Assembly (NCBI RefSeq): GCF_009914755.1
Contig: NC_060925.1
DNA: 64,000 nt
Reading direction: 5' to 3' (one strand)
Origin: the human T2T-CHM13v2.0 reference genome, Homo sapiens
Shown here: piece by piece, positions 14,600 through 28,798 of the stretch
Position numbering within the stretch: the stretch's first letter is position 1
Layout of the letters: every line of letters begins with the position of its first letter
Notes under the pieces: model-generated
The model's database searches: none
Seen by the model: only the letters and a program-made list of their open reading frames with translations
Told to the model about the DNA's origin: nothing
Program-made: the position numbers and the translations under genes

Positions 14600-17500
14600 T
14601 CTCGGAATCATCTTCAAATGGAATGGAATGGAATCATCGCATAGAATCGAATGGAATTATCATCGAATGGAATCGAATGGAATCAACATCAAACGGAAAA
14701 AACCGGAATTATCGAATGGAATCGAAGAGAATCATCGAATGGACCCGAATGGAATCATCTAATGGAATGGAATGGAATAATCCATGGACTCGAATGCAAT
14801 CATCATCGAATGGAATCGAATGGAATCATCGAATGAACTCGAATGGAATCATCATTGAATGGAATCGAATGGAATCATCGAGTGGAATCGAATGGAATTA
14901 TGATCAAATGGAATCGAATGTAATCATCATCAAATGGAATCAAAAATAACCATCATCAATTGGTATTGAATGGAATTGTCATCAAATGGAATTCAAAGGA
15001 ATCATCATCAAATGGATCCGAATGGAATCCTCATTGAATGGAAATGAAAGGGGTCATCATCTAATGGAATCGCATGGAATCATCATCAAATGGAATCGAA
15101 TGGAATCATCATCAAATGGAATCTAATGGAATCATTGAACAGAATTGAATGGAATCGTCATCGAATGAATTGAATGCAATCATCGAATGGTCTCGAATGG
15201 AATCATCTTCTAATGGAAAGGAATGGAATCATCGCATAGAATCGAATGGAATTATCATCGAATGGAATCGAATGGTATCAACACCAAACGGAAAAAAACG
15301 GAATTATCGAATGGAATCGAAGAGAATCTTCGAACGGACCCGAATGGAATCATCTAATGGAATGGAATGGAATAATCCATGGACTCGAATGCAATCATCA
15401 TCGAATGGAATCGAATGGATTCATCGAATGGACTCGAATGGAATAATCATTGAACGGAATCGAATGGAATCATCATCGGATGGAAACGAATGGAATCATC
15501 ATCGAATGGAAATGAAAGGAGTCATCATCTAATGGAATTGCATGGAATCATCATAAAATGGAATCGAATGGAATCAACATCAAATGGAATCAAATGGAAT
15601 CATTGAACGGAATTGAATGGAATCGTCATCGAATGAATTGACTGCAATCATCGAATGGTCTCGAATGGAATCATCTTCAAATGGAATGGAATGGAATCAT
15701 CGCATAGAATCGAATGGAATTATCATCGAATGGAATCGAATGGAATCAACATCAAACGGAAAAAAACGGAATTATCGAATGGAATCGAAGAGAATCATCG
15801 AATGGACCCGAATGGAATCATCTAATGGAATGGAATGGAATAATCCATGGACTCGAATGCAATCATCATCGAATGGAATCGAATGGAATCATCGAATGGA
15901 CTCGAATGGAATAATCATTGAACGGAAACGAATGGAATCATCATCGGATGGAAATGAATGGAATCATCATCGAATGGAATCGAATAGAATTATGGAATGA
16001 AATCCAGTGTGATCATCATCGAATGGACCCGAATGGAATCATCATCCAACGGAAGCTAATGGAATCAACATCGAATGAATCGAATGGAAACACCATCGAA
16101 TTGAAACGAATGGAATTATCATGAAATTGAAATGGATGGACTCATCATCGAATGGATTCGAATGGAATCATCGAATAAAATTGATTGAAATCATCATCCA
16201 ATGGAATCGAATGGTATCATTGAATGGAATCGAATGGAATCATCATCAGATGGAAATGAATGGAATCGTCATAGAATGGAATCGAATGGATTCATTGAAT
16301 GGAATCAGATGGAATCATCGAATGGACTGGAATGGAATCATTGAATGGACTCGAAAGGGATCATGATTGAATGGAATTGAATGGAATCATCGAATGGTCT
16401 CGATTGGAATCATTATCAAATGGAATCGAATGGAATCACCGAATAGAATCGAATGGAACAATCATCGAATGGACTCAAATGGAATTATCCTCAAATGGAA
16501 TCGAATGGAATTATCGAATGCAATCGAATGGAATTATCGAATGCAATCGAATATAATCATCGAATGGACTCGAATGGAATCATCGAATGGAATGGAATGG
16601 AACAGTCAATGAACTCGAATGGAATCATCATTGAATGGAATCGAATGGAATCATCGAGTGGAATCGAATGGAATTATGATCAAATGGAATCGAATGTAAT
16701 CATCATCAAATGGAATCAAAAATAACCATCATCAATTGGTATTGAATGGAATTGTCATCAAATGGAATTCAAAGGAATCATCATCAAATGGAACCGAATG
16801 GAATCCTCATTGAATGGAAATGAAAGGTGTCATCATCTAATGGAATCGCATGGAATCATCATCAAATGGAATCGAATGGAATCATCATCAAATGGAATCT
16901 AATGGAATCATTGAACAGAATTGAATGGAATGGTCATCGAATGAATTGAATGCAATCATCGAATGGTCTCGAATGGTATCATCTTCTAATGGAAAGGAAT
17001 GGAATCATCGCATAGAATCGAATGGAATTATCATCGAATGGAATCGAATGGTATCAACACCAAACGGAAAAAAACGGAATTATCGAATGGAATCGAAGAG
17101 AATCTTCGAACGGACCCGAATGGAATCATCTAATGGAATGGAATGGAACAATCCATGGACTCGAATGCAATCATCATCGAATGGAATCGAATGGAATCAT
17201 CGAATGGACTCGAATGGAATAATCATTGAACGGAATCGAATGGAATCATCATCGGATGGAAACGAATGGAATCATCATCGAATGGAAATGAAAGGAGTCA
17301 TCATCTAATGGAATTGCATGGAATCATCATAAAATGGAATCGAATGGAATCAACATCAAATGGAATCAAATGGAATCATTGAACGGAATTGAATGGAATC
17401 GTCATCGAATGAATTGACTGCAATCATCGAATGGTCTCGGAATCATCTTCAAATGGAATGGAATGGAATCATCGCATAGAATCGAATGGAATTATCATCG

Positions 17501-20250
17501 AATGGAATCGAATGGTATCAACATCAAACGGAAAAAACCGGAATTATCGAATGGAATCGAAGAGAATCATCGAATGGACCCGAATGGAATCATCTAATGG
17601 AATGGAATGGAATAATCCATGGACTCGAATGCAATCATCATCGAATGGAATCGAATGGAATCATCGAATGAACTCGAATGGAATCATCATTGAATGGAAT
17701 CGAATGGAATCATCGAGTGGAATCGAATGGAATTATGATCAAATGGAATCGAATGTAATCATCATCAAATGGAATCAAAAATAACCATCATCAATTGGTA
17801 TTGAATGGAATTGTCATCAAATGGAATTCAAAGGAATCATCATCAAATGGATCCGAATGGAATCCTCATTGAATGGAAATGAAAGGGGTCATCATCTAAT
17901 GGAATCGCATGGAATCATCATCAAATGGAATCGAATGGAATCATCATCAAATGGAATCTAATGGAATCATTGAACAGAATTGAATGGAATCGTCATCGAA
18001 TGAATTGAATGCAATCATCGAATGGTCTCGAATGGAATCATCTTCTAATGGAAAGGAATGGAATCATCGCATAGAATCGAATGGAATTATCATCGAATGG
18101 AATCGAATGGTATCAACACCAAACGGAAAAAAACGGAATTATCGAATGGAATCGAAGAGAATCTTCGAACGGACCCGAATGGAATCATCTAATGGAATGG
18201 AATGGAATAATCCATGGACTCGAATGCAATCATCATTGAATGGAATCGAATGGATTCATCGAATGGACTCGAATGGAATAATCATTGAACGGAATCGAAT
18301 GGAATCATCATCGGATGGAAACGAATGGAATCATCATCGAATGGAAATGAAAGGAGTCATCATCTAATGGAATTGCATGGAATCATCATAAAATGGAATC
18401 GAATGGAATCAACATCAAATGGAATCAAATGGAATCATTGAACGGAATTGAATGGAATCGTCATCGAATGAATTGACTGCAATCATCGAATGGTCTCGAA
18501 TGGAATCATCTTCAAATGGAATGGAATGGAATCATCGCATAGAATCGAATGGAATTATCATCGAATGGAATCGAATGGAATCAACATCAAACGGAAAAAA
18601 ACGGAATTATCGAATGGAATCGAAGAGAATCATCGAATGGACCCGAATGGAATCATCTAATGGAATGGAATGGAATAATCCATGGACTCGAATGCAATCA
18701 TCATCGAATGGAATCGAATGGAATCATCAAATGGACTCGAATGGAATAATCATTGAACGGAAACGAATGGAATCATCATCGGATGGAAATGAATGGAATC
18801 ATCATCGAATGGAATCGAATAGAATTATGGAATGAAATCCAGTGTGATCATCATCGAATGGACCCGAATGGAATCATCATCCAACGGAAGCTAATGGAAT
18901 CAACATCGAATGAATCGAATGGAAACACCATCGAATTGAAACGAATGGAATTATCATGAAATTGAAATGGATGGACTCATCATCGAATGGATTCGAATGG
19001 AATCATCGAATAAAATTGATTGAAATCATCATCCAATGGAATCGAATGGTATCATTGAATGGAATCGAATGGAATCATCATCAGATGGAAATGAATGGAA
19101 TCGTCATAGAATGGAATCGAATGGATTCATTGAATGGAATCAGATGGAATCATCGAATGGACTGGAATGGAATCATTGAATGGACTCGAAAGGGATCATG
19201 ATTGAATGGAATTGAATGGAATCATCGAATGGTCTCGATTGGAATCATTATCAAATGGAATCGAATGGAATCACCGAATAGAATCGAATGGAACAATCAT
19301 CGAATGGACTCAAATGGAATTATCCTCAAATGGAATCGAATGGAATTATCGAATGCAATCGAATGGAATTATCGAATGCAATCGAATATAATCATCGAAT
19401 GGACTCGAATGGAATCATCGAATGGAATGGAATGGAACAGTCAATGAACTCGAATGGAATCATCATTGAATGGAATCGAATGGAATCATCGAGTGGAATC
19501 GAATGGAATTATGATCAAATGGAATCGAATGTAATCATCATCAAATGGAATCAAAAATAACCATCATCAATTGGTATTGAATGGAATTGTCATCAAATGG
19601 AATTCAAAGGAATCATCATCAAATGGAACCGAATGGAATCCTCATTGAATGGAAATGAAAGGTGTCATCATCTAATGGAATCGCATGGAATCATCATCAA
19701 ATGGAATCGAATGGAATCATCATCAAATGGAATCTAATGGAATCATTGAACAGAATTGAATGGAATGGTCATCGAATGAATTGAATGCAATCATCGAATG
19801 GTCTCGAATGGTATCATCTTCTAATGGAAAGGAATGGAATCATCGCATAGAATCGAATGGAATTATCATCGAATGGAATCGAATGGTATCAACACCAAAC
19901 GGAAAAAAACGGAATTATCGAATGGAATCGAAGAGAATCTTCGAACGGACCCGAATGGAATCATCTAATGGAATGGAATGGAACAATCCATGGACTCGAA
20001 TGCAATCATCATCGAATGGAATCGAATGGAATCATCGAATGGACTCGAATGGAATAATCATTGAACGGAATCGAATGGAATCATCATCGGATGGAAACGA
20101 ATGGAATCATCATCGAATGGAAATGAAAGGAGTCATCATCTAATGGAATTGCATGGAATCATCATAAAATGGAATCGAATGGAATCAACATCAAATGGAA
20201 TCAAATGGAATCATTGAACGGAATTGAATGGAATCGTCATCGAATGAATA
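14600..20250 (+). repeat. 2835-bp two-unit tandem duplication (1059+1776)
   Basis: GGATCC at 15014/17849; gaatataatc ~16553/19388; aaaggtgtc ~16828/19663; ggtatcatctt ~16977/19812; ggaacaatcc ~17149/19984. Confidence 0.88.
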
Positions 20251-22950
20251 GACTGCAATCATCGAATGGTCTCGGAATCATCTTCAAATGGAATGGAATG
20301 GAATCATCGCATAGAATCGAATGGAATTATCATCGAATGGAATCGAATGGAATCAACATCAAACGGAAAAAAACGGAATTATCGAATGGAATCGAAGAGA
20401 ATCATCGAATGGACCCGAATGGAATCATCTAATGGAATGGAATGGAATAATCCATGGACTCGAATGCAATCATCATCGAATGGAATCGAATGGAATCATC
20501 GAATGGACTCAAATGGAATAATCATTGAACGGAATCGAATGGAATCATCATCGGATGGAAATGAATGGAATCATCATCGAATGGAATCGAATAGAATTAT
20601 GGAATGAAATCCAGTGTGATCATCATCGAATGGACCCGAATGGAATCATCATCCAACGGAAGCTAATGGAATCAACATCGAATGAATCGAATGGAAACAC
20701 CATCGAATTGAAACGAATGGAATTATCATGAAATTGAAATGGATGGACTCATCATCGAATGGATTCGAATGGAATCATCGAATAAAATTGATTGAAATCA
20801 TCATCCAATGGAATCGAATGGTATCATTGAATGGAATCGAATGGAATCATCATCAGATGGAAATGAATGGAATCGTCATAGAATGGAATCGAATGGATTC
20901 ATTGAATGGAATCAGATGGAATCATCGAATGGACTGGAATGGAATCATTGAATGGACTCGAAAGGGATCATGATTGAATGGAATTGAATGGAATCATCGA
21001 ATGGTCTCGATTGGAATCATTATCAAATGGAATCGAATGGAATCACCGAATAGAATCGAATGGAACAATCATCGAATGGACTCAAATGGAATTATCCTCA
21101 AATGGAATCGAATGGAATTATCGAATGCAATCGAATGGAATTATCGAATGCAATCGAATAGAATCATCGAATGGACTCGAATGGAATCATCGAATGGAAT
21201 GGAATGGAACAGTCAATGAACTCGAATGGAATCATCATTGAATGGAATCGAATGGAATCATCGAGTGGAATCGAATGGAATTATGATCAAATGGAATCGA
21301 ATGTAATCATCATCAAATGGAATCAAAAATAACCATCATCAATTGGTATTGAATGGAATTGTCATCAAATGGAATTCAAAGGAATCATCATCAAATGGAA
21401 CCGAATGGAATCCTCATTGAATGGAAATGAAAGGTGTCATCATCTAATGGAATCGCATGGAATCATCATCAAATGGAATCGAATGGAATCATCATCAAAT
21501 GGAATCTAATGGAATCATTGAACAGAATTGAATGGAATGGTCATCGAATGAATTGAATGCAATCATCGAATGGTCTCGAATGGTATCATCTTCTAATGGA
21601 AAGGAATGGAATCATCGCATAGAATCGAATGGAATTATCATCGAATGGAATCGAATGGTATCAACACCAAACGGAAAAAAACGGAATTATCGAATGGAAT
21701 CGAAGAGAATCTTCGAACGGACCCGAATGGAATCATCTAATGGAATGGAATGGAACAATCCATGGACTCGAATGCAATCATCATCGAATGGAATCGAATG
21801 GAATCATCGAATGGACTCGAATGGAATAATCATTGAACGGAATCGAATGGAATCATCATCGGATGGAAACGAATGGAATCATCATCGAATGGAAATGAAA
21901 GGAGTCATCATCTAATGGAATTGCATGGAATCATCATAAAATGGAATCGAATGGAATCAACATCAAATGGAATCAAATGGAATCATTGAACGGAATTGAA
22001 TGGAATCGTCATCGAATGAATTGACTGCAATCATCGAGTGGTCTCGGAATCATCTTCAAATGGAATGGAATGGAATCATCGCATAGAATCGAATGGAATT
22101 ATCATCGAATGGAATCGAATGGAATCAACATCAAACGGAAAAAAACGGAATTATCGAATGGAATCGAAGAGAATCATCGAATGGACCCGAATGGAATCAT
22201 CTAATGGAATGGAATGGAATAATCCATGGACTCGAATGCAATCATCATCGAATGGAATCGAATGGAATCATCGAATGGACTCAAATGGAATAATCATTGA
22301 ACGGAATCGAATGGAATCATCATCGGATGGAAATGAATGGAATCATCATCGAATGGAATCGAATAGAATTATGGAATGAAATCCAGTGTGATTATCATCG
22401 AATGGACCCGAATGGAATCATCATCCAACGGAAGCTAATGGAATCAACATCGAATGAATCGAATGGAAACACCATCGAATTGAAACGAATGGAATTATCA
22501 TGAAATTGAAATGGATGGACTCATCATCGAATGGATTCGAATGGAATCATCGAATAAAATTGATTGAAATCATCATCCAATGGAATCGAATGGTATCATT
22601 GAATGGAATCGAATGGAATCATCATCAGATGGAAATGAATGGAATCGTCATAGAATGGAATCGAATGGATTCATTGAATGGAATCAGATGGAATCATCGA
22701 ATGGACTGGAATGGAATCATTGAATGGACTCGAAAGGGATCATGATTGAATGGAATTGAATGGAATCATCGAATGGTCTCGATTGGAATCATTATCAAAT
22801 GGAATCGAATGGAATCACCGAATAGAATCGAATGGAACAATCATCGAATGGACTCAAATGGAATTATCCTCAAATGGAATCGAATGGAATTATCGAATGC
22901 AATCGAATGGAATTATCGAATGCAATCGAATAGAATCATCGAATGGACTC
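19400..22950 (+). repeat. 1772-bp single-unit tandem duplication
   Basis: aaaggtgtc ~19663/21435, ggaacaatcc ~19984/21756, the 4-bp deletion ~20274/22046 and ggactcaaatggaata ~20511/22283 all recur at +1772. Confidence 0.8.
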
Positions 22951-24206
22951 GAATGGAATCATCGAATGGAATGGAATGGAACAGTCAATGAACTCGAATG
23001 GAATCATCATTGAATGGAATCGAATGGAATCATCGAGTGGAATCGAATGGAATTATGATCAAATGGAATCGAATGTAATCATCATCAAATGGAATCAAAA
23101 ATAACCATCATCAATTGGTATTGAATGGAATTGTCATCAAATGGAATTCAAAGGAATCATCATCAAATGGAACCGAATGGAATCCTCATTGAATGGAAAT
23201 GAAAGGGGTCATCATCTAATGGAATCGCATGGAATCATCATCAAATGGAATCGAATGGAATCATCATCAAATGGAATCTAATGGAATCATTGAACAGAAT
23301 TGAATGGAATCGTCATCGAATGAATTGAATGCAATCATCGAATGGTCTCGAATGGAATCATCTTCTAATGGAAAGGAATGGAATCATCGCATAGAATCGA
23401 ATGGAATTATCATCGAATGGAATCGAATGGTATCAACACCAAACGGAAAAAAACGGAATTATCGAATGGAATCGAAGAGAATCTTCGAACGGACCTGAAT
23501 GGAATCATCTAATGGAATGGAATGGAATAATCCATGGACTCGAATGCAATCATCATCGAATGGAATCGAATGGAATCATCGAATGGACTCGAATGGAATA
23601 ATCATTGAACGGAATCGAATGGAATCATCATCGGATGGAAACGAATGGAATCATCATCGAATGGAAATGAAAGGAGTCATCATCTAATGGAATTGCATGG
23701 AATCATCATAAAATGGAATCGAAAGGAATCAACATCAAATGGAATCAAATGGAATCATTGAACGGAATTGAATGGAATCGTCATCAAATGAATTGACTGC
23801 AATCATCGAATGGTCTCGAATGGAATCATCTTCAAATGGAATGGAATGGAATCATCGCATAGAATCGAATGGAAGTATCATCGAATGGAATCGAATGGAA
23901 TCAACATCAAACGGAAAAAAACGGAATTATCGAATGGAATCGAAGAGAATCATCGAATGGACCCGAATGGAATCATCTAATGGAATGGAATGGAATAATC
24001 CATGGACTCGAATGCAATCATCATCGAATGGAATCGAATGGAATCATCGAATGAACTCGAATGGAATCATCATTGAATGGAATCGAATGGAATCATCGAG
24101 TGGAATCGAATGCAATTATGATCAAATGGAATCGAATGTAATCATCATCAAATGGAATCAAAAATAACCATCATCAATTGGTATTCAATGGAATTGTCAT
24201 CAAAAG

Positions 24207-25959
24207 GAATTCAAAGGAATCATCATCAAATGGAACCGAATGGAATCCTCATTGAATGGAAATGAAAGGGGTCATCATCTAATGGAATCGCATGGAATCA
24301 TCATCAAATGGAATCGAATGGAATCATCATCAAATGGAATCTAATGGAATCATTGAACAGAATTGAATGGAATCGTCATCGAATGAATTGAATGCAATCA
24401 TCGAATGGTCTCGAATGGAATCATCTTCTAATGGAAAGGAATGGAATCATCGCATAGAATCGAATGGAATTATCATCGAATGGAATCGAATGGTATCAAC
24501 ACCAAACGGAAAAAAACGGAATTATCGAATGGAATCGAAGAGAATCTTCGAACGGACCCGAATGGAATCATCTAATGGAATGGAATGGAATAATCCATGG
24601 ACTCGAATGCAATCATCATCGAATGGAATCGAATGGAATCATCGAATGGACTCGAATGGAATAATCATTGAACGGAATCGAATGGAATCATCATCGGATG
24701 GAAACGAATGGAATCATCATCGAATGGAAATGAAAGGAGTCATCATCTAATGGAATTGCATGGAATCATCATAAAATGGAATCGAATGGAATCAACATCA
24801 AATGGAATCAAATGGAATCATTGAACGGAATTGAATGGAATCGTCATCGAATGAATTGACTGCAATCATCCAATGGTCTCGAATGGAATCATCTTCAAAT
24901 GGAATGGAATGGAATCATCGCATAGAATCGAATGGAATTATCATCGAATGGAATCGAATGGAATCAACATCAAACGGAAAAAAACGGAATTATCGAATGG
25001 AATCGAAGAGAATCATCGAATGGACCCGAATGGAATCATCTAATGGAATGGAATGGAATAATCCATGGACTCGAATGCAATCATCATCGAATGGAATCGA
25101 ATGGAATCATCGAATGGACTCGAATGGAATAATCATTGAACGGAATTGAATGGAATCATCATCGGATGGAAATGAATGGAATCATCATCGAATGGAATCG
25201 AATAGAATTATGGAATGAAATCCAGTGTGATCATCATCGAATGGACCCGAATGGAATCATCATCCAACGGAAGCTAATGGAATCAACATCGAATGAATCG
25301 AATGGAAACACCATCGAATTGAAACGAATGGAATTATCATGAAATTGAAATGGATGGACTCATCATCGAATGGATTCGAATGGAATCATCGAATAAAATT
25401 GATTGAAATCATCATCCAATGGAATCGAATGGTATCATTGAATGGAATCGAATGGAATCATCATCAGATGGAAATGAATGGAATCGTCATAGAATGGAAT
25501 CGAATGGATTCATTGAATGGAATCAGATGGAATCATCGAATGGACTGGAATGGAATCATTGAATGGACTCGAAAGGGATCATGATTGAATGGAATTGAAT
25601 GGAATCATCGAATGGTCTCGATTGGAATCATTATCAAATGGAATCGAATGGAATCACCGAATAGAATCGAATGGAACAATCATCGAATGGACTCAAATGC
25701 AATTATCCTCAAATGGAATCGAATGGAATTATCGAATGCAATCGAATGGAATTATCGAATGCAATCGAATAGAATCATCGAATGGACTCGAATGGAATCA
25801 TCGAATGGAATGGAATGGAACAGTCAATGAACTCGAATGGAATCATCATTGAATGGAATCGAATGGAATTATGATCAAATGCAATCGAATGTAATCCTCA
25901 TCAAATGGAATCAAAAATAACCATCATCAATTGGTATTGAATGGAATTGTCATCAAATG
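24207..25959 (+). repeat. 1753-bp unit (loss of one 23-bp monomer); second copy 41095-42847
   Basis: catcgagtggaatcgaatggaat is missing at ~25869 and ~42757. Confidence 0.88.
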
Positions 25960-28798
25960 GAATTCAAAGGAATCATCATCAAATGGAACCGAATGGAATC
26001 CTCATTGAATGGAAATGAAAGGGGTCATCGTCTAATGGAATCGCATGGAATCATCATCAAATGGAATCGAATGGAATCATCATCAAATGGAATCTAATGG
26101 AATCATTGAACAGAATTGAATGGAATCGTCATCGAATGAATTGAATGCAATCATCGAATGGTCTCGAATGGAATCATCTTCTAATGGAAAGGAATGGAAT
26201 CATCGCATAGAATCGAATGGAATTATCATCGAATGGAATCGAATGGTATCAACACCAAACGGAAAAAAACGGAATTATCGAATGGAATCGAAGAGAATCT
26301 TCGAACGGACCCGAATGGAATCATCTAATGGAATGGAATGGAATAATCCATGGACTCGAATGCAATCATCATCGAATGGAATCGAATGGAATCATCGAAT
26401 GGACTCGAATGGAATAATCATTGAACGGAATCGAATGGAATCATCATCGGATGGAAACGAATGGAATCATCATCGAATGGAAATGAAAGGAGTCATCATC
26501 TAATGGAATTGCATGGAATCATCATAAAATGGAATCCAATGGAATCAACATCAAATGGAATCAAATGGAATCATTGAACGGAATTGAATGGAATCGTCAT
26601 CGAATGAATTGACTGCAATCATCCAATGGTCTCGAATGGAATCATCTTCAAATGGAATGGAATGGAATCATCGCATAGAATCGAATGGAATTATCATCGA
26701 ATGGAATCGAATGGAATCAACATCAAACGGAAAAAAACGGAATTATCGAATGGAATCGAAGAGAATCATCGAATGGACCCGAATGGAATCATCTAATGGA
26801 ATGGAATGGAATAATCCATGGACTCGAATGCAATCATCATCGAATGGAATCGAATGGAATCATCGAATGGACTCGAATGGAATAATCATTGAACGGAATC
26901 GAATGGAATCATCATCGGATGGAAATGAAAGGAATCATCATCGATTGGAATCGAATAGAATTATGGAATGAAATCCAGTGTGATCATCATCGAATGGACC
27001 CGAATGGAATCATCATCCAACGGAAGCTAATGGAATCAACATCGAATGAATCGAATGGAAACACCATCGAATTGAAACGAATGGAATTATCATGAAATTG
27101 AAATGGATGGACTCATCATCGAATGGATTCGAATGGAATCATCGAATAAAATTGATTGAAATCATCATCCAATGGAATCGAATGGTATCATTGAATGGAA
27201 TCGAATGGAATCATCATCAGATGGAAATGAATGGAATCGTCATAGAATGGAATCGAATGGATTCATTGAATGGAATCAGATGGAATCATCGAATGGACTG
27301 GAATGGAATCATTGAATGGACTCGAAAGGGATCATGATTGAATGGAATTGAATGGAATCATCGAATGGTCTCGATTGGAATCATTATCAAATGGAATCGA
27401 ATGGAATCACCGAATAGAATCGAATGGAACAATCATCGAATGGACTCAAATGGAATTATCCTCAAATGGAATCGAATGGAATTATCGAATGCAATCGAAT
27501 GGAATTATCGAATGCAATCGAATAGAATCATCGAATGGACTCGAATGGAATCATCGAATGGAATGGAATGGAACAGTCAATGAACTCGAATGGAATCATC
27601 ATTGAATGGAATCGAATGGAATCATCGAGTGGAATCGAATGGAATTATGATCAAATGGAATCGAATGTAATCATCATCAAATGGAATCAAAAATAACCAT
27701 CATCAATTGGTATTGAATGGAATTGTCATCAAATGGAATTCAAAGGAATCATCATCAAATGGAACCGAATGGAATCCTCATTGAATGGAAATGAAAGGGG
27801 TCATCATCTAATGGAATCGCATGGAATCATCATCAAATGGAATCGAATGGAATCATCATCAAATGGAATCTAATGGAATCATTGAACAGAATTGAATGGA
27901 ATCGTCATCGAATGAATTGAATGCAATCATCGAATGGTCTCGAATGGAATCATCTTCTAATGGAAAGGAATGGAATCATCGCATAGAATCGAATGGAATT
28001 ATCATCGAATGGAATCGAATGGTATCAACACCAAACGGAAAAAAACGGAATTATCGAATGGAATCGAAGAGAATCTTCGAACGGACCTGAATGGAATCAT
28101 CTAATGGAATGGAATGGAATAATCCATGGACTCGAATGCAATCATCATCGAATGGAATCGAATGGAATCATCGAATGGACTCGAATGGAATAATCATTGA
28201 ACGGAATCGAATGGAATCATCATCGGATGGAAACGAATGGAATCATCATCGAATGGAAATGAAAGGAGTCATCATCTAATGGAATTGCATGGAATCATCA
28301 TAAAATGGAATCGAAAGGAATCAACATCAAATGGAATCAAATGGAATCATTGAACGGAATTGAATGGAATCGTCATCGAATGAATTGACTGCAATCATCG
28401 AATGGTCTCGAATGGAATCATCTTCAAATGGAATGGAATGGAATCATCGCATAGAATCGAATGGAAGTATCATCGAATGGAATCGAATGGAATCAACATC
28501 AAACGGAAAAAAACGGAATTATCGAATGGAATCGAAGAGAATCATCGAATGGACCCGAATGGAATCATCTAATGGAATGGAATGGAATAATCCATGGACT
28601 CGAATGCAATCATCATCGAATGGAATCGAATGGAATCATCGAATGAACTCGAATGGAATCATCATTGAATGGAATCGAATGGAATCATCGAGTGGAATCG
28701 AATGGAATTATGATCAAATGGAATCGAATGTAATCATCATCAAATGGAATCAAAAATAACCATCATCAATTGGTATTGAATGGAATTGTCATCAAAAG

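Larger units (their letters stand above)
4400..15900 (+). repeat. 5674-bp four-unit higher-order tandem duplication (1063+1776+1059+1776), two copies
   Basis: Private variants recur at +5674: caacatcgaattgaa (~5930/11604), ggacccaaa (~6238/11912), ggaaatgcat (~7029/12703), GGATCC at 9340/15014, ggattcatc (~9746/15420). Ends are approximate. Confidence 0.88.
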
